DNA of 63,939 nt, filler included, from Octopus bimaculoides (Eukaryota): assembly GCF_001194135.2 (NCBI RefSeq). It is 6 parts of 5 records of this genome, joined end to end, with 100 filler letters (N's around TTAATTAATTAA, not from the genome) between each part and the next. Parts side by side here need not be neighbours in the genome. Positions count along the whole stretch, not along the records: positions 35,793 to 42,890 come from NC_068988.1; positions 42,991 to 54,182 come from NC_068988.1; 4 more parts are not named here. One strand, written 5' to 3'. The notes under the pieces are model-generated. The model saw only the letters and a program-made list of their open reading frames with translations. It was not told where the DNA came from and did not search any database. The position numbers and the translations under genes were made by a program. The stretch's first letter is position 1. Every line of letters starts with the position of its first letter. Shown here one piece after another: positions 38,291 through 49,840 of the stretch.

Positions 38291-39093
38291 CACACAGACA
38301 TATGTGTATATATATATATATGTATGTATGTATGTATGTATTATGTATATGTATGTATATATATGTATATTATATATATATACAAGTGTAACTGCCCGAA
38401 ACAGTCATGACTTCTAGTACTTTACTGAGGAAAGAAGACCACAAACGACCTGTCTTTTTTGCCTGTCCTTCTAATTGTTGTTTCCCTTGTCCACTTTTGT
38501 ATCGTCTGTCTGTCCAAATATTTTTTTTTGTATTGCGTTTTTATTCCATTTATATATATATATATATATATATATGTTGTGTGTTTATTTGTATGGATGT
38601 ATGTATATCTCTCTCCCTTCCTGATTTGTCCTTTATTCGTTCCCTCAACCATTCTTATAATACAACTCATTTCTATGTACAAACGTTTCATCCAAGTGTA
38701 AATTTTGTGTTTCTGAGTTTCTGTCTGAAGAATTTCTAATAGGAAATTTCCTACAAGTTTATCCAACATGTACAACTTTGTAATTCCTATTAGCAAATGA
38801 AACATGTGTAATGGTGAATAAATAATAACCAAAAAAATTTCCAAATTTCTGTCTTGTTATATATATATGTATAACTTAGATATGTTTTGACCAAAGATTG
38901 GTTCAGGCCATGTCTAAATTAATAAATACCACCTGATAGGATTAGCTAAATCCTTTTTAAGTCAAGTTTTGTGGTACCATGGTCCATTCAAGTAGGGAGT
39001 TCTTGCTCAGTGGATTGTATCCACGTAATATATATATGTAATAAATTTAGACTTTAGTATTTTAAGTAAATGAGTTTTTTCACCAGGCTGTGA

Positions 39094-39432
39094 ATCATCC
39101 AAACTGCTTCAGTTTTGACTCAGTCTTGTGATAATCTTGTCAAAGAGTTTGAGCATCACTTCTTACAGATGTACCATGGTGTGGAAGATGGGTGCACAGA
39201 CGAAATTTATAATGCAACTCTTATCGACAAACTCGACAATGTAAATGAGTAAGAATTTCCAAGGTATGGTCTCTTTAAACTTCAGCACACTGAAGTCAAT
39301 AATCTTGCAATAAGAATTTGGAAAGTGGAATCGTATAACATTGCCATATCAATAAAATTTGTCAATGACAATGGAACCAAACTCATTGCAGCAGACAGAG
39401 TAATCTATTCAACTACGTCTGAGTCGGTTTAG
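39094..39432 (+). pseudogene. Unidentified coding-like segment with one internal stop (or an exon ending at a GTAAGA donor)
   Basis: SCDNLVKEFEHHFLQMYHGVEDGCTDEIYNATLIDKLDNVNE*EFPRYGLFKLQHTEVNNLAIRIWKVESYNIAISIKFVNDNGTKLIAADRVIYST in one frame; no family recognised. Confidence 0.25.
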
Positions 39433-39562
39433 AAATAACAAATTGGGGTTTGCTTCTTTTGGTGGAACTGAAAAGACATTCCTGATCGGTCTTTTGCTTA
39501 CCAAAGTCTGTCACTTTTGTGACCTCTCTCTCTCTATATATATATATATATGTTAAATAAAA

Positions 39563-39836
39563 TGAGACAACAAAGCAAGGCTGTGTGGAATTTTTCAACA
39601 CACCACTTTCCTTGGATAATGGAACTGCAACTATAACATCTTTATTTTATTTCTACATCCATTCTTCTTTTCCAAAATAACTCCTTATATTGAACTCTAA
39701 TATTTCCCTCCATTTAACCAAGTCACATCGTCTCTGATGAAGGGATATCCCTATTATCTCAGAAACAGCTGGAAGACTAACTTTCTCTTTATAAACATCC
39801 CAAAAAATTCCACACAGCCTTGGCTTTGTTGTCTCT
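39563..39836. mobile_element. Penelope-like pseudo-LTR remnant with short inverted ends
   Basis: GAGACAACAAAGCAAGGCTGTGTGGAATTTTT (~39565-39595) is the reverse complement of ~39803-39835; a hammerhead-like motif lies inside; flanked by (TA)n. Confidence 0.55.
39730..39777 (+). ncRNA. Type I hammerhead ribozyme motif, degenerate
   Basis: GUCU CUGAUGA AGGGAU...AUCUCA GAAA CAGCUG GA AGAC; intact CUGAUGA/GAAA and palindromic CAGCUG, but G in place of U16.1 and a mismatched first stem II pair. Confidence 0.65.
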
Positions 39837-40239
39837 AACATATACATGCTCATACAAGACCTGCATTAGACTCCTCACTCATATCATTATCGAGTTTAAC
39901 TACAGTCCTTTCATAGTACTTACATAGCGTCACCTGCCACCTTGGGACTTTTGGATACCAATACCTCTCATATATATATATATATATAAAGTGAAAGCTT
40001 TATATTATGCAGAACAAATGAAACAAAAATGTCCAGTGAAATCCATGATGGTAGAGTCAGTAGATCCAGTGGTAATCCGGGTGGAGTACTGGTATGTAGA
40101 TGAGGAGAGTTCAGGAAGTGGTTCAGATATGCAAATCCAAAGAGTAAGAAGTTGAATCAGGATCAAACTGAGGTAACCATGTGAGTGTATAATATATAGT
40201 TGAAATTTATAGAAAAAAAAAAAAACCAAGACAGGTGTA

Positions 40240-40694
40240 TTAGTTTGACGCTCTGGAAAATGAAAAACATCTTTTACATTTTGAGCTTAAAAGCTGCATT
40301 TCTTTCTTTCGGTATAGCTGCAACATTCCTTCTTGGGTGCACATTCTGCTGCCAAGTATCTCTTGGGCTTTGGCACAAAGAATGCACTTGTTTGCAATAT
40401 TTCTTAGAATTTTGGTACTGAGTGAGTTCTTAAGAGATTCCAGATGATTGAGAATGCATAACAACTTACTGGACAACTCTGGTGGCGCTGAGAAGAACAT
40501 TTGAGGAAGACTTGCATGACAATGGATCTTAAATGGGAAACAACAGTTGTACTTTTTCACTTCGAACGACAGTGACCAGGTAGAATTGTCCAGTGAGCTG
40601 GACAAAATACTTGGAGAGATTTCTTCCAGCTCTTTGGTTTCAAGGTTCAAATTCTGCTTGGGACAACTCAGGACAGAATTCATAATCAGCTGTC
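40240..40694 (-). CDS. Candidate terminal exon of an unidentified host gene (~150 aa, Cys-rich C-terminus)
   Basis: Longest gap-free high-complexity ORF outside recognisable TEs; acceptor TTTTGTCAG| at 40695-40703; ends KCILCAKAQ...KCKRCFSFSRASN*. No homolog recognised. Confidence 0.35.
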
Positions 40695-40899
40695 CTGACA
40701 AAATTTATGTTATGCAAACGAGTTAAGAATTTCAATCTGAAATCCAGAATAGCACCAGAGTGTTAAATGGCTAAATTTTATTTTTGCAACAATGTTAAGC
40801 CATCACAATCTAAATTCCTTAGTTGAACACTTTAAATGGTTCTCTTTTATATCTGAAACCAAAGCAATGAAACCCACAAGAGAGAGTAGCGTGAATTGG

Positions 40900-42140
40900 A
40901 GAACGAAAAGTCAGGTTTACTAGAAATGAAAATTCTCAATTATGAAAAATATTTTTGGTTACCAGAAATAAGAACTTTTCATTATCAGGCATTCTTGAGT
41001 ACTAAAAGTAGTTTTGTGATTTGCAGTTACCAAGTCTAAGAATTCTTGGTTACTGGAAATGAAAATTCTTGAATACCTAACATAATTCTTAGTCACTGGA
41101 AGAATTTTTGACTTTCAGAAATAATTCTGGCTTATTGGAAGAGTGATTTATTTCCAGAAATGAGAATTCTCCATTACCTGACATAATAATTCTTGGTCAC
41201 TAAAAGCATTTTTGATTTCTAGAAATATTTCTTTATTATCAGAAATAAGAATTCATGATTTCCAGAAATAAGAATTCTCAATCATCATACATAATTCTTG
41301 CTTAGTAAAAGTTTTGAATTCCTGAAAAAATTCTTGATAACCAGAAATAAGATTATCAAAATAACTGGAAATAATAATTCCTTATTTCCAGAAATGAGAA
41401 TTCTCAATTTTCTGATACAATAATCCTTGGTTATTAGAATTTTAAATTTCCAGAAAAAATAATTCTTTAATATCAGAAATAATTCTTAATTACCAAAAAT
41501 GAGAAATCTTGGTTGCCGGGAGAATTTTGATTTTCTGAAATATTATCAGAAAAAGAATCTTTGAGTTCTGGTAATGGAACTCAAAAATTGTTAGAAATAA
41601 TTCTTGATTTCCAGAAATGAAGTATTTCAATTACCTGACAATAATATTTGGTTACTAGAAGAATTTTTGATTTCTAGAAATTTTTCTTTATTATCAGAAA
41701 AAAGAATTCTCAATCATCATTCCTGATTACTAAAATATTTGATTTGCTGAAATAAAAATTCTTGATTTCCAGAAATGAGAATTCTCGATTACCAGACATA
41801 ATTCTTGAGAACTAGAATTTTTGATTTCCAGAAAGAAGACTTGATTACCAGAAATAATGTTTACTTAATCAGAAGAACCAGCAATTATCTAAGACAAGAG
41901 TTCTTTATTCCTAGAAGAATTTTTGCTTATCAAAAGTACAAATTCTTCATTGCCAGAAAGAAGACTTCATTATCAGAAATAAGAATCCATACTTTTTTTC
42001 TAGAAATAAGAATTTTTTTTTATTACAAGAATTCATTAGAAATGAGAAAATTCTTAATTTCCGGAAAAACAGCCAATGACCAGAAACATTTTCAATTATC
42101 AGAAATAAGAATTTTTGATTATCAAGAAATATAAATTCTT
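40900..42140. repeat. Degenerate satellite built from a ~22-bp motif (CCAGAAATAAGAATTCTTGATT-like)
   Basis: GAAATGAGAATTCTC-like anchors recur at ~40923, 41057, 41158, 41265, 41393, 41500, 41615, 41772 and 42039. Confidence 0.8.
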
Positions 42141-42374
42141 ATCTAGTAATTTGTTTCTCTCGTTTTGTTGTGATTTTTACTGCAATTAATTATTTTATTT
42201 TGTGCAATAGTTTTTTTCCCTTCATCTTTTAAAATTGCAAAAATCATATATTCAATTATTTCATTTTATTTATTTATATATAATTATTTTTTTTTTGTTT
42301 ACCTTCTCTCCAGTTATGTTGTTTTCTTTTTTTATATCAATCATGCAGATAACGACAATCAAGAAAACATCAAT

Positions 42375-42433
42375 TCTTTTACTCTTTTACTTGTTTCAGT
42401 CATTTGACTGCGGCCATGCTGGAGCACCGCCTT
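42375..42433 (-). mobile_element. Family A SINE terminal fragment
   Basis: CTCTTTTACTTGTTTCAGTCATTTGACTGCGGCCATGCTGGAGCACCGCCTT, identical to the corresponding segment at ~2393-2443. Confidence 0.9.
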
Positions 42434-42603
42434 AAACAATGCTGCGACCCAATTCATAAAAAACACATGGTAATAATAATATAATAAATAGTAAAAAAAA
42501 AAAACAGAATAAAAACTGAGGAAATTTATACTTAAACAAATATATTTACTAGAGTGATGTTATACATTATTGTTATTATTATCATTATTATCATATATAT
42601 ATA

Positions 42604-42658
<55 letters not shown>

Positions 42659-42890
42659 GTTATTTGTAAAAGTTGTACTTTGTGTTTTTAACTGCATAAT
42701 ATCAGATAGATAGATAGAAAGAGAAAGAGATATACAGAGAGGAGAGAGAGAGATGGAGAGATTAACAAAATTTTTCACTGTTGGTTCATGTCGCAAAATA
42801 TGTCTAAAAAAATGTTTGTTTTATTTTCTTTTTGTTTTTTTTTTCATTTCCTTTTTTTTTTTCCAATACATTCTTTTCTCCTTTTTAAAT

Positions 42891-42990
42891 NNNNNNNNNN
42901 NNNNNNNNNNNNNNNNNNNNNNNNNNNNNNNNNNTTAATTAATTAANNNNNNNNNNNNNNNNNNNNNNNNNNNNNNNNNNNNNNNNNNNN
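42891..42990. other. Artificial scaffold-join linker
   Basis: 44 N + TTAATTAATTAA (42935-42946) + 44 N. Confidence 0.95.
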
Positions 42991-43019
42991 AGTTCTGAGG
43001 AGTCAGAAAGAGGTAACGG

Positions 43020-44043
43020 CAAATGTTGTGCGTCTGTGTGTGTTTCTGTGAGTGTTTGTGTTGCTGTTTTTGTTGGTGTTGGCTGCTTGTTATTTGTGTG
43101 TGGTGTATGTGATATGGGGGAGGGAGAGGCAGTCTTGGAATTTTCTTTTTTTTTCTCTTCTGTTTTTGCAGTTTCTGTTGTCTCTTTTGTTGTGGTTATT
43201 GCTGATATTTCTGTTGTTGTTTTTTGTGTTGCTGGTGGTGTTGGTAGTAAAGTTTTTTTTTCCGTTGGGGGTATTTGGTAGTTGCTTCTGTTGTTGTTGT
43301 TTAGCGGCCAGTGGGCAGTCTTTTTTCAGATGTGCCTCGTTGTTGCATATGTACCAGCGAGGCCTCTACCACCACATACAGTTTGTGTTCCTCCGCCAGT
43401 CTAATGTTTGGAGGAATCTTCCGTGAAGCCTCCTCCGTGATGTGGAGAACGATTTCCAGATTTCCCCCAATTCTTTTCCTCTACGACCTTAAATTCCAAA
43501 ATATTTGCCTCCTCCATTTCGAGACATACGGCCGATACTACCCATTGGGTGTCCACTTCTGATGGCACGTATTTTATAATTACTTTGGTGACTCTCTGTC
43601 CAAGATAACTCGGTATCATCACCAAGTTATCTGTGCGGAGAGAGAGTGTAGAAAATTGCTTCACTAAATTTTCATTTATGAATCTCACCTGTACCGTGGC
43701 AAATTTCCGTCCCCACGTGACATGCTCTTGATGAGCCCATACAGGTTTCAGATACATCTCGATCTTTTCTGTGCTAAAATTTTCTGCACGTCTGGTTTTT
43801 GTGTTTACCAGTTTATAAATGATGCATTTTTTGTTTTTTGCTCTATAATTTCTTTTGGAATGTTTATTTTAACATCATCGCCTACTTTCGTAAGAAGGGA
43901 TTTTGTGTTTTTAATTTGTTGTTGTGTGAATGTCACTATTCTCCTTTTTTCCTTTATAGCATCGGCGAAATTTGTTTTTGTTGTGCTGTCGGACATGTTC
44001 TTTAGAACATTTTTGTTTATGTTGGTGTTGGTACTGCCGGGTT
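43020..44043 (-). mobile_element. Tx1/L1-like LINE ORF1 (gag-like) remnant
   Basis: Frameshifted ORF pieces (MSDSTTKTNFADAIK...; ...FATVQVRFINE...YLGQRVTKVIIKYVP...) and a zinc knuckle RPRWYICNNEAHLKKDCP (~43312-43370; first Cys replaced by Trp), followed by a Q/T/K-rich tail like 8060-8460. Confidence 0.65.
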
Positions 44044-44760
44044 NNNNNNNNNNNNNNNNNNNNNNNNNNNNNNNNNNNNNNNNNNNNNNNNNNNNNNNNN
44101 NNNNNNNNNNNNNNNNNNNNNNNNNNNNNNNNNNNNNNNNNNNNNNNNNNNNNNNNNNNNNNNNNNNNNNNNNNNNNNNNNNNNNNNNNNNNNNNNNNNN
44201 NNNNNNNNNNNNNNNNNNNNNNNNNNNNNNNNNNNNNNNNNNNNNNNNNNNNNNNNNNNNNNNNNNNNNNNNNNNNNNNNNNNNNNNNNNNNNNNNNNNN
44301 NNNNNNNNNNNNNNNNNNNNNNNNNNNNNNNNNNNNNNNNNNNNNNNNNNNNNNNNNNNNNNNNNNNNNNNNNNNNNNNNNNNNNNNNNNNNNNNNNNNN
44401 NNNNNNNNNNNNNNNNNNNNNNNNNNNNNNNNNNNNNNNNNNNNNNNNNNNNNNNNNNNNNNNNNNNNNNNNNNNNNNNNNNNNNNNNAGCGTCTCAAGT
44501 CTAGGAAAATGTTCGTTCATCAATGTTTCTGTCCAGCGTTCTATGACTATGTTTCTCGACATTTTTCAATGTCGAGAAGAAAATATATAATTTTAAAAAT
44601 GTTGAAACTGCCCCTAAGGGCCAATTCCTACCTTGAAAACACAATAAAAAGAAAGTTAGGTGCTTCACACACCTTATATACAAAAAATTCCAACAAAATG
44701 TGGGCAATAAAAGGTCAAAAAGAGGTTTACATCTGCAGCCGATGTGACAGCACGTCCGTC

Positions 44761-44823
<63 letters not shown>

Positions 44824-46828
44824 GACAAAGCGACAGAGCATGTTCTTATATATACGTGTGTGTGGTTCAATGAACATATGCATTCATATACTATTTGATA
44901 CGATTGTTGAAAGAAAAGTGTTTTAAGTTCTTCGATAAAGATGAGAGGTTTATTTGGAATATTCTGGGTGCAAATATAAACATTTTTATATTAACACTTC
45001 ATGAATATGTTTGTATGTATATTGTGGGCATTATATAGATGCGGCGAAATGATAGAAAGACAGATAGAACAGGGGTTATGGCTGAGAGGACATCGGCAAT
45101 TGTTATATTAAGACAATGGTGGTATTAATGGTGTTAGCGGTGTTACTGGTGTTGTTGTCTAATTTATGATTATAACAGTAACGATATTATGACTATAGTG
45201 GTTATGATGGTACTTGTAACAGTGTGTTGATAGTAACGTGCTGATGAAGACAGTGGGGATGGAGGAGGAAGAAGAAGGTGAGAAGAAGGCAGTGGAGGAA
45301 TTTCCTGAGGAGGAAATGGAAGACGGTATGTAGGAGGGTGTGGAAATGGAGAGGGTGGTGGTTTATAGCGATAGGAGATGTAACAGATGCGGATGAGGGA
45401 GCACATTCATGATGACAATAATGATGATGACTATGATTAGCTTGCAAACAAACACAATGAAGGTGCTAATGACGACGTTAATGAAGACAATGCTGATGAT
45501 GAGAAAATGATGGTGGTAAGAAGGCGGAGAATAAGGAGGAGTTTTCTATGTAAAAAATAGTCTTTGTGTTAATGCTTATTTTGGAAGTAATGATACATGA
45601 TTATATTAGTGGTGGAGGTAGATTAGTATGTCACAAAGATTTACATATATAATAATATAATGGAGAGAGAGGGGGAGGAAAAGGAAGAGAGAGGAGATGG
45701 AAGAGAGAAAGAAGGAGATAGAAGAGAAAGAGAATAAGAGAAAGAAAGAGAGAAAGAAAGAAAGAAAGGAAGAATGAAAGAAAGAAACGCTTACAAATTT
45801 CAGTGAATAAATTTTAGTTAATGTTACTGCCGAAGTACACTTCTTAGTAGAAGAAAAATGATGTTTAAATTGCCGGGATCCAGATCTTCACAGTCGTTGT
45901 TCAACGTATGTTTCATTCATAATTCCAATACATCTAATGACCATACGGCCGTGTAGTGATTANNNNNNNNNNNNNNNNNNNNNNNNNNNNNNNNNNNNNN
46001 NNNNNNNNNNNNNNNNNNNNNNNNNNNNNNNNNNNNNNNNNNNNNNNNNNNNNNNNNNNNNNNNNNNNNNNNNNNNNNNNNNNNNNNNNNNNNNNNNNNN
46101 NNNNNNNNNNNNNNNNNNNNNNNNNNNNNNNNNNNNNNNNNNNNNNNNNNNNNNNNNNNNNNNNNNNNNNNNNNNNNNNNNNNNNNNNNNNNNNNNNNNN
46201 NNNNNNNNNNNNNNNNNNNNNNNNNNNNNNNNNNNNNNNNNNNNNNNNNNNNNNNNNNNNNNNNNNNNNNNNNNNNNNNNNNNNNNNNNNNNNNNNNNNN
46301 NNNNNNNNNNNNNNNNNNNNNNNNNNNNNNNNNNNNNNNNNNNNNNNNNNNNNNNNNNNNNNNNNNNNNNNNNNNNNNNNNNNNNNNNNNNNNNNNNNNN
46401 NNNNNNNNNNNNNNNNNNNNNNNNNNNNNNNNNNNNNNNNNNNNNNNNNNNNNNNNNNNNNNNNNNNNNNNNNNNNNNNNNNNNNNNNNNNNNNNNNNNN
46501 NNNNNNNNNNNNNNNNNNNNNNNNNNNNNNNNNNNNNNNNNNNNNNNNNNNNNNNNNNNNNNNNNNNNNNNNNNNNNNNNNNNNNNNNNNNNNNNNNNNN
46601 NNNNNNNNNNNNNNNNNNNNNNNNNNNNNNNNNNNNNNNNNNNNNNNNNNNNNNNNNNNNNNNNNNNNNNNNNNNNNNNNNNNNNNNNNNNNNNNNNNNN
46701 NNNNNNNNNNNNNNNNNNNNNNNNNNNNNNNNNNNNNNNNNNNNNNNNNNNNNNNNNNNNNNNNNNNNNNNNNNNNNNNNNNNNNNNNNNNNNNNNNNNN
46801 NNNNNNNNNNNNNNNNNNNNNNNNNNNN

Positions 46829-46909
<81 letters not shown>

Positions 46910-49164
46910 GAGTCATAAAATTATATATATATATAAATATACACATACGTACCTGCATACATTCATGCATACATGCATTTACACATACATACCAGGGCGT
47001 GTGCATGTGTCCCCATATATGTATGTCCACATCTGTGTGACTAACCGAATGTGTATCTCTTTGTATGTGTGCAGAGGTCGTGATGAAAGCATTACAAAAG
47101 ATCGATATAGATATATGTATTGCATAATTTAAAGCAGGAAATTAAATTTCAGCGGTGAAAATCAATCCAATTTACTCTGACATTTGATATAATCTTTCCA
47201 AATCTCAATGTGTTTCGAAATCTTTTCTATTTTGTTTTATTTTGTTTTAGTCATTTATTTGCTTTCTTTTTTTTTTATATCTACCACGGTTTAGCAATCG
47301 TGATGTCTGGTTGAATGTCAAGCAATTTGTATGTAGCAAAATACATTCATTAGAATAGAGTGCAAATAAATGCTAAAGTTCAGAGTACTGCAAATGTGTT
47401 TAATTTTAAAGAAGGTAAAGTTCAGATTAAGCACTTAAAGAAATTAATTTATGCATATATGTCCATCGTTCGTTTGAATGGGGACAATATGTGCATATAA
47501 ATATATATATATATNNNNNNNNNNNNNNNNNNNNNNNNNNNNNNNNNNNNNNNNNNNNNNNNNNNNNNNNNNNNNNNNNNNNNNNNNNNNNNNNNNNNNN
47601 NNNNNNNNNNNNNNNNNNNNNNNNNNNNNNNNNNNNNNNNNNNNNNNNNNNNNNNNNNNNNNNNNNNNNNNNNNNNNNNNNNNNNNNNNNNNNNNNNNNN
47701 NNNNNNNNNNNNNNNNNNNNNNNNNNNNNNNNNNNNNNNNNNNNNNNNNNNNNNNNNNNNNNNNNNNNNNNNNNNNNNNNNNNNNNNNNNNNNNNNNNNN
47801 NNNNNNNNNNNNNNNNNNNNNNNNNNNNNNNNNNNNNNNNNNNNNNNNNNNNNNNNNNNNNNNNNNNNNNNNNNNNNNNNNNNNNNNNNNNNNNNNNNNN
47901 NNNNNNNNNNNNNNNNNNNNNNNNNNNNNNNNNNNNNNNNNNNNNNNNNNNNNNNNNNNNNNNNNNNNNNNNNNNNNNNNNNNNNNNNNNNNNNNNNNNN
48001 NNNATATATATATATATATATATACATATATATACATACATACATATAAGAGTACATACATGCACAAACTCACACATGTACAAACGAAACCATTCAGCGT
48101 ACAGAGTTTTCATGTGCATACATCTATGTCTGCTTCGGTATATGGTTCCATGTATGAGGGGAATAAAGAGAGAGAGAAGACATGTACGCCTTGATTGTAA
48201 GTAGAAATGAATTTCTAATCTTCTTGTCGAACATACCTTCTTTACAAACTCCTGTATCAGGAGAGATTTATACGCTTATATGACATGTTCTATCGATCTC
48301 ACTCGATGAACCCGCTTTTGACCTCGCTGACAACCATCATCCTACCTCGAAACCGGCCACAGGTCTTCGTCGGTATCCCTTGTTTTATGCCCTTGAATGG
48401 CTTTGTAATCCTGGCCCTCAGATCGTCCTTTGTATCACAGATGGATATCTTTCTCTCTCGTTCCTTGGCTCTCCACACAAAGAAGTCGAGGTTTTGCCGT
48501 CAGGTGTATTAGGTGGCCAAATTTCAGGTGCTGTTTAACCTAAACAATTCTCTTACAGCTAAGCCTACCTATGTCTTCTAACTGGTGTGGTGGGGCGCAG
48601 AGTCTTGCTGCCGCAGTTACGGCTTCCCTACATCTACCCGATCTATCTGAGGTTTAATCACTTCACTCAGCCTTGCATAAATTCTTCTCATCGGAGAACC
48701 ACAACATATCCGGCTCAAGCGTGTGTTTCATCTTATTGATCAGTCTGTTGCTATGCTTCATAGCCTCATTGAGTATCAAAGGTAACGAATGTCCTCATCC
48801 ACCACCAGCCTCATGTGATTTTCATCCTCATATTTCACACGTGCAATGGTACACGTCGACTTCTTGGGATCATTTTTGATGATCTGCTGGATTTCAGCAT
48901 CCTGATGGCGTCTTTATCTCTTTTCTCTTTTCTTTATATTTTTCTGTTTTCTTTTTTTTCTTTTCTTTTCTGGTTTTCCCTTTTTTTCTTTCTTTTCTGG
49001 TATTTTTCTCATTTTTTCTATTACATAACGTTGTAAATGAACAATCTAGTATGCTTATTTTAATGACCTGCCAATGTATACTTGAGCTTCTTTGCCTTAA
49101 CTGTCTGGAACACCCAGGGCAAGAAATGGGAGCAAAATTGAAAGGAAATACAATAATAATAATA

Positions 49165-49270
49165 ACCGTTCTATTATAGGCACAAAGCTTGGAATTTGAT
49201 AAGGTGGCGGGAGAGTCGATTACATCGATCTCAGTGTTTCGCAGGTGCTTAGTTTATCGACCCCGAAATA
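49165..49270 (-). mobile_element. Family B SINE 3' fragment
   Basis: GTTCTATTATAGGCACAAAG...GTCGATTACATCGATCTCAG...TTTATCGACCCCGAAA. Confidence 0.75.
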
Positions 49271-49284
49271 TTAACAACAACAAC

Positions 49285-49350
<66 letters not shown>

Positions 49351-49372
49351 CATAATAATAATAATAATAATA
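49270..49372. repeat. (AAC)n/(AAT)n microsatellite at the end of the Tx1-like copy
   Basis: Directly visible. Confidence 0.95.
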
Positions 49373-49840
49373 ATTCATTCTTTTATTGCCCACAAGAGCT
49401 CACATAAAATTACATTTAAAGACGTACAACAACATAACAGACAAAAATAAGACGATATAATGTGTTTTGCAACGTGTAAACATTATAAATAATTAAAAAT
49501 TAAACAAATTAAAACGCCCAATAGGGGAGGCACTTTAAGGACCGCGTGGAAAAACCCACAAAAGCCACGGGTGCCTGAACAACAGGGCAAGAACCCTTCT
49601 TTTTTGTTTTACATGTGCACGCTCAGAATTGCTCCGTTCACATTTGCCATTCTTCCAACATTCACCCAACTTTCAACAAACTTGCTACAAGGCCACACTT
49701 CCCTCTCCACCTTCAAATGTTTTAGCCCTTTCAAACGGATCCACTATACTATCTCTTTTGCTAGAGCCACTAGACCAGCAATTTCTTGGAGGGGTTACCC
49801 TAGTGAATTACATGAAGCCCAGCGCTTGACTATTCCATTT
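49373..49840 (-). mobile_element. Tx1/L1-like LINE 3' end
   Basis: Minus-strand HLKVEREVWPCSKFVESWVNVGRMANVNGAILSVHM* aligns with RNVRVEVEVLSSSEFIERWVKVVKMVRVDGTALNVNL* at ~10755-10865; ends GTGGGCAATAAAAGAA before (ATT)n. Confidence 0.75.

Noticed and set aside
44553-44578. 11-bp perfect stem-loop TTCTCGACATT-TTTC-AATGTCGAGAA
   Set aside because: No Helitron CTRR end or other context; an isolated small hairpin.
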